In this document: piece after piece, positions 11,376 to 22,904 of the stretch
Layout: every line of letters starts with the position of its first letter
How positions within the stretch are numbered: the first letter of the stretch is position 1
Assembly: GCF_001194135.2 (NCBI RefSeq)
Contig: NC_068993.1
Span: forward strand, 54,352,346-54,416,345
Source of the DNA: Octopus bimaculoides
Lineage: Eukaryota
Reading direction: 5' to 3'
Length of the DNA: 64,000 nt
The notes under the pieces: model-generated
Database searches by the model: none
What the model saw: the letters and a program-made list of their open reading frames with translations, nothing else
What the model was told of the DNA's origin: nothing
Translations under genes and position numbers: made by a program

Positions 11376-12332
11376 CTTTATAACATTAAATGTTGATTGG
11401 ACTGTGTGTGGAGATGCTGACTATACACAATGTATAGATGCAGGCTGGATAGATAGACATGCTGTCTACCCTGATGTTGATTTGACAAATAGACACAGTG
11501 TGTAGTAGTTGATTGGATAGAAAGACACAGTGTGTAGATGCAGGAGTGTCTGTGGAGAGAGTATGTTGAAGTTGCATGGATAGATATGGTACACACACGT
11601 TGATTGGATCGGCATTCACAATGTGTAAATGTTGACTGTATTGAGTAGATATTGACTTCATATTTTCAGGAGCAGCAAGTTTTAGGATTTGAACCCAGCT
11701 TTTTTTCTAAATTTGCTATCATGAGAGAATCACAACTGAGGCATGCATTTATCACATGAACTACAATTTATCTGAGAATCACAATTTTCAGGTGCATGTT
11801 CTATTTATCAACTGATCAGCTTGCAGCAGATCACACCACAAAGTTAGAACATAAGTGAATGTCCTTAAGATTTGTGTTCTTTTTTCTAGTTAAGCAGTTT
11901 AGTACTAAATAACCTTTGCAGAGTGTTGAGGGTAACTCAAGGATTCACATGCCTCACTTCTTATTAATGCAGATCAGGTAAATAACTAAAATAGGCCAAC
12001 AGCATGAATTATGAAGAATAAGTTAAGTTACTGTGCATTAAAAAGAAAGTTCTTAATAAATGGAAATTTCTTAGTTGGAGAAAGAAAGCAAAAACCTAGT
12101 GGAGATTGTTATCTCCCTTGTGTCTCATAGAAAAAGGGAGATAATTTTAAGACATGAATATTTTCTCAATCAATTTACACGAAGAGGAGAAAACAAATTG
12201 GTTCAATTTATTTGTTCAAAGATCAGATGAAAAGGAGAAAATCTGATCCTTGTCATGCAGGTAAGGGACAACCAAGGACATGTTTCAGTTTATTATTTTT
12301 AAAATGTTTAAAAAAAAAAAATCTTTCCTTAC

Positions 12333-12431
12333 TTTATCAACTGCATTAACATGGGGGTCTCTCTCAATTAATTTGTGCACAATTTCTGTGTAACCACCAC
12401 GAGTAGCAACAAGTAAGGCTGTCCATGAATT
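12333..12431 (-). CDS. KIDINS220: KIDINS220 exon, ankyrin repeat 6 ([33 protein letters not shown])
   Basis: 99 bp, TAG/GTAAGG, just left of the N-gap starting at 12471. Confidence 0.93.
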
Positions 12432-13259
12432 CTACAATAAAAATGACAAACGTTAGGAAAATGATAATGANNNNNNNNNNNNNNNNNNNNNNNNNNNNNN
12501 NNNNNNNNNNNNNNNNNNNNNNNNNNNNNNNNNNNNNNNNNNNNNNNNNNNNNNNNNNNNNNNNNNNNNNNNNNNNNNNNNNNNNNNNNNNNNNNNNNNN
12601 NNNNNNNNNNNNNNNNNNNNNNNNNNNNNNNNNNNNNNNNNNNNNNNNNNNNNNNNNNNNNNNNNNNNNNNNNNNNNNNNNNNNNNNNNNNNNNNNNNNN
12701 NNNNNNNNNNNNNNNNNNNNNNNNNNNNNNNNNNNNNNNNNNNNNNNNNNNNNNNNNNNNNNNNNNNNNNNNNNNNNNNNNNNNNNNNNNNNNNNNNNNN
12801 NNNNNNNNNNNNNNNNNNNNNNNNNNNNNNNNNNNNNNNNNNNNNNNNNNNNNNNNNNNNNNNNNNNNNNNNNNNNNNNNNNNNNNNNNNNNNNNNNNNN
12901 NNNNNNNNNNNNNNNNNNNNNNNNNNNNNNNNNNNNNNNNNNNNNNNNNNNNNNNNNNNNNNNNNNNNNNNNNNNNNNNNNNNNNNNNNNNNNNNNNNNN
13001 NNNNNNNNNNNNNNNNNNNNNNNNNNNNNNNNNNNNNNNNNNNNNNNNNNNNNNNNNNNNNNNNNNNNNNNNNNNNNNNNNNNNNNNNNNGTTCCAAATA
13101 TTTTTCTTAAATCATCTTCAAACCTGACTGGAGGTCTCCCAAGTGGTCTCTTCAGTTCAACAAATGCATGGGTCCACTGATTATCTGTGGACCTTGTGAC
13201 ATAACTGGCCTAACATAGCTTTGTGTGGTGGTATTCTGCGACAACATCCTTCACTCCAG

Positions 13260-13304
<45 letters not shown>

Positions 13305-13580
13305 TCATCATCATCATCGTTTAGCATCTGCCTTCCATGCTGGCATGGGTGGGGCAGTTTGATAGGAGCCGGCTAGGCAGAAGCTTGCACCAGATTTCTG
13401 TGACTGTTTTGGCAGGATGTTTACAACTGGATACCCTTCTAGTACCAACCACCCAGCAGAATATACACACACACACACTCGCCCTGCATTTTATCCATCT
13501 ATCTATTAAATTAATCAACCAAGCAACGCATCCTTAAGCTGAATATATACAATGTCAACAAATGCCAGACACTGACTTAC

Positions 13581-13679
13581 CATTCCTGAGATATCCACAT
13601 CAGCTCCGTGGTCCAATAATTTTTCAACAATGTTCAGATAACCTTTACGAGCTCCCCACACCAATGGTGTTGTTCCATA
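13581..13679 (-). CDS. KIDINS220: KIDINS220 exon, ankyrin repeat 5 (YGTTPLVWGARKGYLNIVEKLLDHGADVDISGM)
   Basis: 99 bp, CAG/GTAAGT; YGTTPLVW.ARKG motif. Confidence 0.95.
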
Positions 13680-14239
13680 CTGGAAAGACAATGAAAGCAG
13701 TGAAGCAGCAGAGAAATAACAACAAGCAAACAACATACGGCAATCATATACAGAAGATATACAAAAGATATGCAGAAGATATGCAGAAGATATACAAAAG
13801 ATATGCAGAAGATATATAGGTTTGGGGATACAAACAGGAAAATAGAACTCAAAACACAAGCATCTTGTATCTTTTATCTTTTACTTGTTCCAGTCATTAT
13901 ACTGTGGCCATGCTAGAGCACTGCCTTGAAGAAGTTTCCGTCAAATGAATTGAATCAAGTACTTGTTTTTTTTTAAAGCCTGGTACTTATTCTAGTGGTC
14001 ACTTTTGCTGAACCACTAAGTTACAGGGACATAAACACAAACATAAAGACACACACATACATACATATATATGACAGGCTTCTTTCAGTTTCCACCTACC
14101 GAATCTATTCACAAGGCTTTGGAGAGTCTGAGGCTATAGTAGAAGACACCTATCCAAGGTGCTTTATTTTATCGTCATTGCCTTACTGTCCTAAATAATA
14201 AAAAAAACCAACAACAAAGTGAGTAAAGACAGAAATTAC

Positions 14240-14338
14240 CTTGTCTGTGGCATTAACTTTAGCACCATGGTGTAATAAATCAGAGACGATCTCTGTGTAG
14301 CCTCTCCCAGAACTCCATGCAAGGCACGTCATATTATA
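14240..14338 (-). CDS. KIDINS220: KIDINS220 exon, ankyrin repeat 4 (YNMTCLAWSSGRGYTEIVSDLLHHGAKVNATDK)
   Basis: 99 bp, CAG/GTAATT, phase 0. Confidence 0.93.
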
Positions 14339-15021
14339 CTGTAATTAGAATAATGCGAAAATAGATATAACGGTTACCATGGATACAATGGTTAAAATAC
14401 AGAAATGAAAGTTTCTGCAGTAAATTTATTGTTCTTTTTAATTTTTTTACTGTTATAGTAATTTGTCGCGTGTGTGTGTGTGTGTGTGTAAACACATGAT
14501 TATGCTTATGCACATACATATCTATTCACATACATACATGTGTGGATACCGGAAGAGGTAAAAGATACAACAGCAGTGTGTGTGTGTGTGTTTGTAAGCA
14601 TCATCATCATTATTATTATTTAGCCTTTCATACAGGTATAGACTGGATGACGGTCATAATGTGTATCAGTCCTCATTTAAGGCTACTGTCCTCTTAGACA
14701 GGTGAGACAGAGAGCCATATCTCACATCTAGGCTCCATCTTTGGCTTGGTTTCTTAAGAGTGATTGAGGTTAGAGGTGAGAGAGAAGAGTGCTGGGTGGT
14801 AATTAGAGGCAATGGTCAGAGAAAGAGAGAGAGATTGATTGGCCGTAGAGAGAAAAATGGCAGTAGATAACAGCAAGCACAAATGGATCCAGTCAGAGCT
14901 GATCTGGAGTTAAACTGTAGCAACTAATTATTAATTTAATTGAAAAGCAACCAAAAAGATGATAAAAAACAAAACCAAAAAAAAAAAAAAGGTTCACATT
15001 GAAACTAAAATAAAATCTTAC

Positions 15022-15120
15022 CTCAGCTTTAATATTACAACTGGCATTTTTCTGTAGAAGTTCTTTCACTATATTATGATGACCAAGATAGCAGGCCCAC
15101 ATCAGAGCAGTCCAACCACA
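15022..15120 (-). CDS. KIDINS220: KIDINS220 exon, ankyrin repeat 3 (CGWTALMWACYLGHHNIVKELLQKNASCNIKAE)
   Basis: 99 bp, TAG/GTAAGA; GWTALMWACY motif is typical of KIDINS220. Confidence 0.95.
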
Positions 15121-15715
15121 CTAAATGAGAACAGAGACAATGTTATCAGCATACATTCATTTTGTTGTGATTTAGGAGACAAATCTTCATTAAAAACCAG
15201 TGAAAATGGACAGAAGAGAGGGTTGAACTAATTATGGTGAAAATGAAAAGCAACAATGATTATAGAAATTGAACTCAAAATGTTGAAATGTGAAATATAA
15301 AAACTATAAGACATATATTCTGTCACTCCTCAATTTCTGTTATGTCACAAACATTTTGAATAGTTAATATATTGGAAATTATACACCTTAACACATTTTA
15401 AAATTATGTCTTTTAGTCAAAATGTTTTCGTTGTGATGTTTGCTTATATAATGTAATATTATTCTGTATTTAAACTGGCCATATCCAGCTCAAACATTTT
15501 ACTTGTTTTATGTCAAAATTGGTCATATCTGACCTCTCATACTTACCCTACAAAGTCATTTTAGAAATAAGTAATTCCATCATCAAAATCTTGAAGCTAT
15601 GAAACAATGCATGATTAACTCTTTAGCATTTAAACTGGCCATATCAAGCCAAAATATTTTACATATTTTATGTTCATCAAAGAGAATTAATCTGGTGCTA
15701 AATACAAGAACTTAC

Positions 15716-15814
15716 CAAATCTCTGTGGTCAACAATGGCATGTTTCTCCAAGAGTTCTATCACAATTTCTTGATGTCCTTCTTTAGCTGCATACATAAGA
15801 ACTGTCCAGTTGTC
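15716..15814 (-). CDS. KIDINS220: KIDINS220 exon, ankyrin repeat 2 (DNWTVLMYAAKEGHQEIVIELLEKHAIVDHRDL)
   Basis: 99 bp, CAG/GTAAGT; not in the ORF track; matches vertebrate DNWTALISASKEGH as recalled. Confidence 0.93.
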
Positions 15815-16493
15815 CTGTGACCATAGACATAAAATATGTTAGACATATCTGACCAAGTAGATATTTGAGACTGGTGGTGGCAGAGTGAGGAGGGAGGGTC
15901 AACTTTTAAAACAAGTAATGAAGAGAGGGAGGGAGGGTCAACTTTTAAAACAAGTAATGAAGAGAGGGAGGGAGGGAGGGAGTGAGGGAGGGGAGAATTA
16001 TATATATATTTTTTATTTATTTGTTCACTGAAGTAGGAGGGTGTCATCATGGGATGACACTCATGATGTTTGTCACACTCCATGAAACACATGTGGTCTT
16101 TGAATAACTGAAAGTGTGTAAAGTCAAGACGGAGACATACAAATCAAGGTAAACTGAGGTAACTAAAGAATTATCATCATTAAATTCAAATTACGATGAA
16201 CGTAAACAAAAAAAAAGAAGTTTGCTTTAGAAGTGTTGAGATGTCTTAGAAAGTTAAAGAAGTGATTTTACATTTTCAATCGCAGAATAATGCTAATGAT
16301 ACATCCTCTTTTCCATGCTTGTATGGGTTGGATGAAGTTTATTGCAGCACATTATCTGCAGCTGGGTGCCTTTCCTGTTATCAATCCTTACTTGTTTTCA
16401 AGCAAGCTAATATTTTCCCACAACCAGAAACGTTTCATGCAAGTTTGGATATTTCATATTGTTGAAGCATATATATATATATATATATATATA

Positions 16494-16527
<34 letters not shown>

Positions 16528-16536
16528 CTAACAAAA

Positions 16537-16574
16537 CTGTCCGATGAACGGGAACGTGAAACTCAGAGTAACGG
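16537..16574 (+). ncRNA. Minimal hammerhead-like motif with variant core CCGAUGA
   Basis: CUGU-CCGAUGA-ACG GGAA CGU-GAA-ACUC A GAGU-A-ACGG; GUA triplet; all three stems pair. Confidence 0.6.
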
Positions 16575-16613
16575 TTTTTTTGTTATATTTCTGCTGCTTT
16601 TAAATAAAGCATA

Positions 16614-16649
<36 letters not shown>

Positions 16650-16927
16650 AGAATTCACAAAGAAAAAAACAAAAGACGAAGACAGGTGGTGTACACTACA
16701 CACACACAGACACACACATATATATCTAAGTGGGAAGACATATGGCCATGTGAGGGGGGTGTTGGAAACATGATAATTGAAATGTGAAAGATTAGTGGGT
16801 GTAAATAACTGGAATTTAAAGTGTTATAAAATGAACAGTGTGTGTGTGTGTGTGTGTATATAATTGGAAGGTCTATGATTGGTTGCTGTATATGTTGGTG
16901 AAATTTGGAAAGTAACAGAATACTTAC

Positions 16928-17026
16928 ATTATCAACATCATTGACATCCATATCAGCATCCAAAAGTTCATGGACAATTCTCAAGTCACCTTTTTCTGCA
17001 GCCAACATTAAGAAGGTGTGACCATC
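16928..17026 (-). CDS. KIDINS220: KIDINS220 exon, ankyrin repeat 1 (DGHTFLMLAAEKGDLRIVHELLDADMDVNDVDN)
   Basis: 99 bp, AG/GTAAGT, phase 0; ankyrin consensus. Confidence 0.93.
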
Positions 17027-17099
17027 CTAGGGTTACATAGAATAGAGAATATTATTAAAAATTTGTGTATGAGAGTGTGCATAAATATACATGTATAAT

Positions 17100-17553
17100 C
17101 ATCATCGTCGTCGTCATCGTTTAACGTCTGCTTTCCATGCTAGCATGGGTTGGACGATTTGACTAAGGAATGGTGAAACCAGATGGCTGCACCAGGCTCC
17201 AATCTGATTTGGCAGAGTTTCTAAAGCTGGATGCCCTTCCTAACGCCAACCACTCCGAGAGTGTAGTGGGTGCTTTTATGTGCCACATATATATATGTAT
17301 ATATATGTATGTATGTGTATATCTATGTAATGTATGTATGTATATATATATACATATATATATCATCATCATCATCATCGTTTAACGTCCGCTTTCCATG
17401 CTAGCATGGGTTGGACGATTTGACTGAGGACTGGTGAAACCGGCTGGCAACACCAGGCTCCAGTCTAATTTGGCAGAGTTTCTACAGCTGGATGCCCTTC
17501 CTAACGCCAACCACTCAGAGTGTGTAGTGGGTGCTTTTACGTGTCACCCGCAC
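17100..17553 (-). mobile_element. Two tandem RTE-type 3' tails separated by an (AT)n microsatellite
   Basis: CATCATCGTTTAACGTC.GCTTTCCATGCTAGCATGGGTTGGACG occurs twice. Related tails lie at about 2330-2545, 6600-6840, 9560-9795, 13308-13455 and 28548-28800. Confidence 0.7.
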
Positions 17554-17980
17554 NNNNNNNNNNNNNNNNNNNNNNNNNNNNNNNNNNNNNNNNNNNNNNN
17601 NNNNNNNNNNNNNNNNNNNNNNNNNNNNNNNNNNNNNNNNNNNNNNNNNNNNNNNNNNNNNNNNNNNNNNNNNNNNNNNNNNNNNNNNNNNNNNNNNNNN
17701 NNNNNNNACGGCCACGCTCAAAATGGTATATATATAATATATAAATACTTAGCAGAAACAACATAGTGACTCAAGGGTTGAGAGATTCATGTGTTAGCAT
17801 TTATCAAGCAAAACTCTCAGCCCTTGAGTCACCCTGTTACTTCTGCTAAGTATTAATATATATATACGTATACATTCATGTTTTAAGTTCTATTTTTCCT
17901 GTTTGCATCACCAAACCTATACACACACACACACACACACAACTGTAGTGGAAAGAAAGTATGTTAGGGAAAGATCTTAC

Positions 17981-18097
17981 CAGATCTCTTTCTTGTAAAT
18001 TAATGTTTCCGATGTCCAACAAATGTTTGACACTGTTGAGGTCACCCTTATGGATTGCTTCCCGCAACATGTCACCTTTGAAAGTTGTCACTGCCAT
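17981..18097 (-). CDS. KIDINS220: KIDINS220/ARMS first coding exon (MAVTTFKGDMLREAIHKG...QERDL)
   Basis: ATG at 18097; donor GTAAGA after 17981, phase 0; likely acceptor at 18195-18196 (TTTTCATACCAG). Reads in frame into the ankyrin exons. Confidence 0.85.
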
Positions 18098-18379
18098 CTT
18101 TTCTTTATCTTATACTCACTTATTGAAGAAAATTCAGCAGAAATATTGAAACATTGGTACAACTCAACTTAGCCATATTGCCTTCTTCATCTCCCTGGTA
18201 TGAAAATAGAAATATTGATGTAGAATGGGTATAGACATGTACAGTGAAATGATTAACTATTGCATGTGTATGAGTATATGTCTTAAACAGTTTACAAAAA
18301 AAAAAAATAAAGGAAATGTTGAATGCAGAATAGCTGTGAAAAACAGCTTAGAAGATTGGGTAAACAATCTTGGAAGATG

Positions 18380-18800
18380 GAGATCATCATTACATCCATT
18401 TTTTCCATGTTAGCTTGGGTTGGACAAGTTTTTTTTTTCAAGTACAATGTTCTTGTGGTCTTTTGTCATCTTTATGAGGTTCTACTTTCTGAAGCCAGCT
18501 TTCACCACTTCTGTCTCTTTTGCAGATCTTTTGCACTTAGGTTCTGTGGTACTTCTTCACCCAACTGTAAATTTTCATGCATGACATGTGTGTGTACCAG
18601 AGAAATCTTCCTCTTGTCCACATTCAGGCTCATCTTGTATCCGGTTTTTCTCTCAGCTCATTTAGAATCATCCATGCACACTATTATTGCACTTTCAATG
18701 AAGCATGCTTGCTACATTTCTACCCAGACATTTTACACATCCTATCCATTCAAAGACCATGTATTCCTACCATGCAACATCACACTCCACAGACAAGCAT
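18380..18800 (-). mobile_element. RTE-like LINE 3' fragment (C-terminal coding remnant plus (GAT)n tail)
   Basis: Minus-strand remnants MLHGRNTWSL and EVVKA; joined to the CATCATCAT..CCATG.TAGC..GGGTTGGAC tail that recurs across the window. Confidence 0.6.
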
Positions 18801-18887
18801 TATAAAATCTGCCTTTCAGAGAGAGAGAAACTCTTTGTTGCCAGTAGCGCTAGATCTCAGAACTTTTTCAACCCCATTCTTACTTTG

Positions 18888-19102
18888 GTTACTACACTTT
18901 CAGAGCACCTATATCCACTGTTAATTAGGTTACCTAGCTAGATTATTACTTTAGGAGCACCTGTATCCACTGTTAATTAGGTCACCAAGCTAGGCTACTA
19001 TGCATTTAGAACACCTGTATCCACCATGAATTTATGTCACCTAGCTAGGTTATTACACTTTCAGGGCACCTGTGTTTACTGTTAATTATGTCATCTAGCT
19101 AA
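18888..19102. repeat. Diverged tandem repeat of about 55 bp, 4 copies
   Basis: GCACCT.TATCCACTGTTAATTAGGT.ACCTAGCTAG recurs. Confidence 0.85.
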
Positions 19103-19299
19103 GAGAAGATATCAGCAGTCCAAGTATTTCAAATATATTATGTGTTGTCTAACTGCTAAACACACCTGTGCACCTGTCACATATGATACCCTTTCCAGTT
19201 ACTCTATCTGTGAGCTCATTATACCTCTTGTGCACTCAATTTACATAGGGTACATCATATGGAATTCTTATCTGCCTTTGTTTTTTGGCATATCAAGTA

Positions 19300-19700
19300 T
19301 GTTTACTTCCCTGACGACAATAATATCTTGATATCTTTCCTGCTAAAACTTTTGCCATTATTCAAATAACTTTGAAGTTTCTCAGTTCTAGGTTTTGCTT
19401 CTCTGTATAAAATTTCTTGTCTAAATCTTTGATAGATTAGGCATAGATTTCCTATGGACAGCTGATGTTAAACTCCTCTGTTATAGCTTGGAGGAACTAT
19501 AGCAGGTGGGGGCTGAATAGTTTTCTTACTGACCACCAGATTACACAGCATATCAAATCTTTCTTCAGATTAAAGGTTACTGTCTTTTCAGTCGGAATAT
19601 CTTGCTTCTTTCTTCTTTGAGGCTTATTTCCTTCAATAATGGCTTGTCTCTAAAAGTATTTACAGTGTGGTGGCAAGAAGAAGGAAGCTTATAGAAAAAT
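19300..19700 (-). mobile_element. Possible highly degraded mariner transposase fragment
   Basis: Minus-strand fragment ICCVIWWSVRK resembles mariner MLCIWWSV.G; many stops. Confidence 0.35.
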
Positions 19701-20076
19701 GGTTGGTTCAATAGGAGTGTATGAATTCTTATGATTGGCAGATTTGGGTCATAACTGGAAAAATAGTGGCTCCCACCCTGTAATGATTTGTTAAAACAGA
19801 GTGCGCAGAGAGGTCACACTTGTCAAGATAAGGAGAGTGGGTGCGTCATACTTGTCAAGATAAGAGCAGGATGTACTTCAAGGATGTAGATTGTACTTGT
19901 TGGAATGGGAGGATAAAGTCTACAATTGATGTGGTTAGTCATTATTGGTCTCGCGTCCAACAGAGACGGAGAACATATATATATAGGGAGAGAATTCACC
20001 AAAAAACAAAAGACGAAGACAGGTGGTGTAGACAACAAACAGATGTATTAGCATAATGCTCAGGAAGTGAAAAAGT

Positions 20077-20112
20077 CTTTAACGTTTCGAGCCTACACTC
20101 TTCCACAGAAAG
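20077..20112 (-). ncRNA. Minimal hammerhead-like motif with variant core CUGUGGA
   Basis: CUUU-CUGUGGA-A-GAGU GUAG GCUC-GA-AACGUU-AAAG; stems I, II and palindromic III all pair. Confidence 0.55.
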
Positions 20113-20226
20113 GAACACGGAGAGAAAATAAAGAATGTGTAGTGACCAGCGATCTAAGGACAACAAACACTAAGGCAAGACAAACATCTCAAGTTATATA
20201 TGTTATTATTATTAGAAAAATTTAAA

Positions 20227-20282
20227 GTCTTACAGCTGTTTCTGGGATATCCCAAAATATGGGATATTCCGTCATCAGAGAC
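20227..20282 (-). ncRNA. Minimal type-I hammerhead ribozyme motif, canonical core
   Basis: Minus strand GUCU-CUGAUGA-stem II (AUAUCCCA/UGGGAUAU)-GAA-ACAGCUGU-A-AGAC: stem I pairs, stem III is palindromic, cleavage triplet GUA. Confidence 0.72.
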
Positions 20283-20405
20283 AAATAGGGAAAATGTGAA
20301 GGGTATAGATTAAGGAAACGATGAAATAAAGGACTGGAGAAAAGGAATAAAGAAATGAACAAAAAGAAGAAAAAAGAAGCATATATATATATATATATAT
20401 ATATA

Positions 20406-21679
20406 CATAGGCATGCAGGAAGTAAACAGACATCTTTAATTTTCAAAATCTTTTATTTAATACACAAAGTGAAGAATTGAAATGTAATCGATAGGTAGGA
20501 CTACATACTTTTGTATTTAGTTGACATTCCCTTTGCAGTTTTTAATTCAGAAACTCTTTTTGGCATTGAACAGATGAGCTTTGTGATTGTCTCTTGTGGA
20601 ATTTCTGCCCACTTTTCACGCAACAATCGAAATAATTCATCTTTAGATTTAGGTTTCTGTCAAGCTTTTCACATAGCTCTATCTAGTATGCTCCAAAGAC
20701 TTTCAATTGGGTTCATGTCAGGAGATTGGCTCAGCCAAGGAAGCTTTTTGATCCCATTTTCAGTCAGCCATTGTTGATTCCTTTCACTGTGTGGCATGGA
20801 GCCCCATCTTCCATGAATAAAAACTCATTTTTCGTTATTTTATCATATAAATACATCAGAAGTAGTCCTTGCTTAAGTATTTCGATGTATTTTTCAGAGT
20901 TTATGGTTCCAACACATTCGATCAGCTCAGAACGATCATTGCTGGTGACAGCTCCTCATACCATTACAGAGATGCTGCCATGTTTCACAGTTGGTTGGAG
21001 TCGTTTCAAATCAAATTCTTGATTGGGAAGCCTCCAGACCCAAACACGTCTACTGTCTGAAAATAATGCAAACCTGGATTCATCTGAGAAAATCACTCTA
21101 TCCCAAAATGAACTGGATTTTTCAGACATCTCCTTAGCCCATTTCTTTCTTTTCATGATATTAATTGGTTGAAGGAGAGGTTTTCTTCTAGCTGTTTGTC
21201 CATAATACCCAAGCTTATGCAGATATGTAACGCACGTTCTTGGACTAACTGCTAGCTTTTTTGCAATGTCAGAAGCCTTCGAATGGGGTTTGTTTTCCAC
21301 AATTCTCTTCAAACAGTGAAGCTTCCTTTCTGAGGGTCCAGGTTGGCTGGGACGAGAATCTGTTGATTCTTTTCCTTGGTTTTTGAATTGCACTATAATT
21401 CTATTAACAGTTGCAAGAGGAATTTGAAGACTTTTGGCAATATTTCGCTGGCTAAGGCCAGCCTCAGATTGCCCAGCAATATGACTTCTTTGAAAATCTG
21501 ACAGTTCTGCTGAACTTTTTGCGTGTGGCATGGTTACTCTTCGCAAATGTTTAATATAATGGCATCTGGAATGAAAAAGAATAATTACATTGTAAATTCT
21601 ACACCCCTGAAAACATTAAGATGCTTAGATCAGAAATTTTGAAAATTAAAGGTGTCTATTTACTTTCTGCATGTCTGTG
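20406..21679 (-). mobile_element. Tc1-family (DD34E) DNA transposon, full length, transposase inactivated
   Basis: About 45-bp imperfect TIRs (CAYAGRCATGCAGRAAGTAAA...) flanked by TA. Transposase from about 21531 with paired-type [21 protein letters not shown] and SPDMNPIE; TGG>TGA stop at 20956-20958 and a later frameshift. Confidence 0.92.
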
Positions 21680-21721
21680 TATATATACATAGAAGGTTGA
21701 AAAGTAAAATATGAGATGATA

Positions 21722-22186
21722 TGTATAGGGAAAATAAGACAAGTTAGAAAATGCTAAAATAATTCTTTCATGCAATACATTTTGTAACGGTTAGTATTGG
21801 TTTCAGTTTTCTCAACTAAGAGTAAAACAAGAAAAACAATTAAATTTCAGAAAAAATTAAATGGAATGTTTTGTAAATATTTCCATAGTCTTCAAATAGG
21901 TAAGGCAATGTCCTTTTTTCTGTTTCTTTCTCTTTTCCTTTGTGAAGCAGATCTGAAAGAATAGCGTTTATGGATGCAGAACCAAATTGAAGGCTATGGA
22001 AATATTTACAAAGCATTTCATTTAATTTTTTCTGAAATTTAATTGTTTTTCTTCTTAATATCCACCTTTGTTTTACTCATAATTGAAAAAAGTTGAAAAG
22101 ACTGAAACCGGTACTAACTGTTACAAAATATATTTCATAATAAAATTATTTTAGCATTTTCTACCTTGTCTTATTTTCCTTACATG
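21722..22186. repeat. Long foldback element (arms of about 185 bp)
   Basis: GGAAAATAAGACAAG.TAGAAAATGCTAAAATAATT... is mirrored at the right end. Confidence 0.85.
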
Positions 22187-22507
22187 TATATATATATATG
22201 TGTATACATATATATATAAAGCTTGGGAAGGTGAGAAAGTTTCGAGCTTACTCCCTTCAACAGAAAGGAACATGAGAAAATAAACAGAGAGAATAAAAAA
22301 AGCTTTAGTGGCTAGAGGTATACACACACAGAGTATGCAATATAAAAGGGCAAAGAGTTAACTGTAGGAATAAAAGTAACATAAAAAGAAAATAATTGAT
22401 AATTGAAAGACTTCCCAGAGAAGAGAGAAAGAAAGAGATATGCCATGTCCATGAGTCATGAAGTTTGAACATGTATCAATCACATAAAATGAATTCAAAT
22501 GAATTAC

Positions 22508-22538
<31 letters not shown>

Positions 22539-22904
22539 TAGAGAGAGCTGACTGTATCTCTTGTGTGTCTGATACAAATGGCTAACCTTGATTTTGACCC
22601 ACTGTTGTTCCAGCCACTTCTGACATCTCTAACATCCTCTAATTTTAAGGATTGTCTCTTCCACTGAGATCTGGATTTCAACAAACCACTTTGTCACATT
22701 TCACATTAGTAGAAAGTGATCACTGGACTGATGATTATGATGACCTTTGACATGGCTGGACAACTAATCCTAATCAATCATGGTTCACATTACAGGTTCT
22801 ACTATTCATCCTCTTGATTGATGAATAAAAGACATGGCTAACGAGACCTCCATTTGGGTGATTTTCCTGAGTCTCCATCTCACCCTTGTATGCTAATCTC
22901 TCAC

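Noticed and set aside
12471-13090. Possible KIDINS220 exon hidden in the N-gap
   Set aside because: Ankyrin repeats 5 and 6 on either side join in frame and in the expected order.
12425-13180. Long ORFs spanning the gap (also 53746-54861, 58043-58725)
   Set aside because: Open only because N codons cannot be stops.
18323-18805. 160-aa plus-strand ORF near the KIDINS220 start
   Set aside because: Antisense of a degraded RTE fragment; no coherent protein features.
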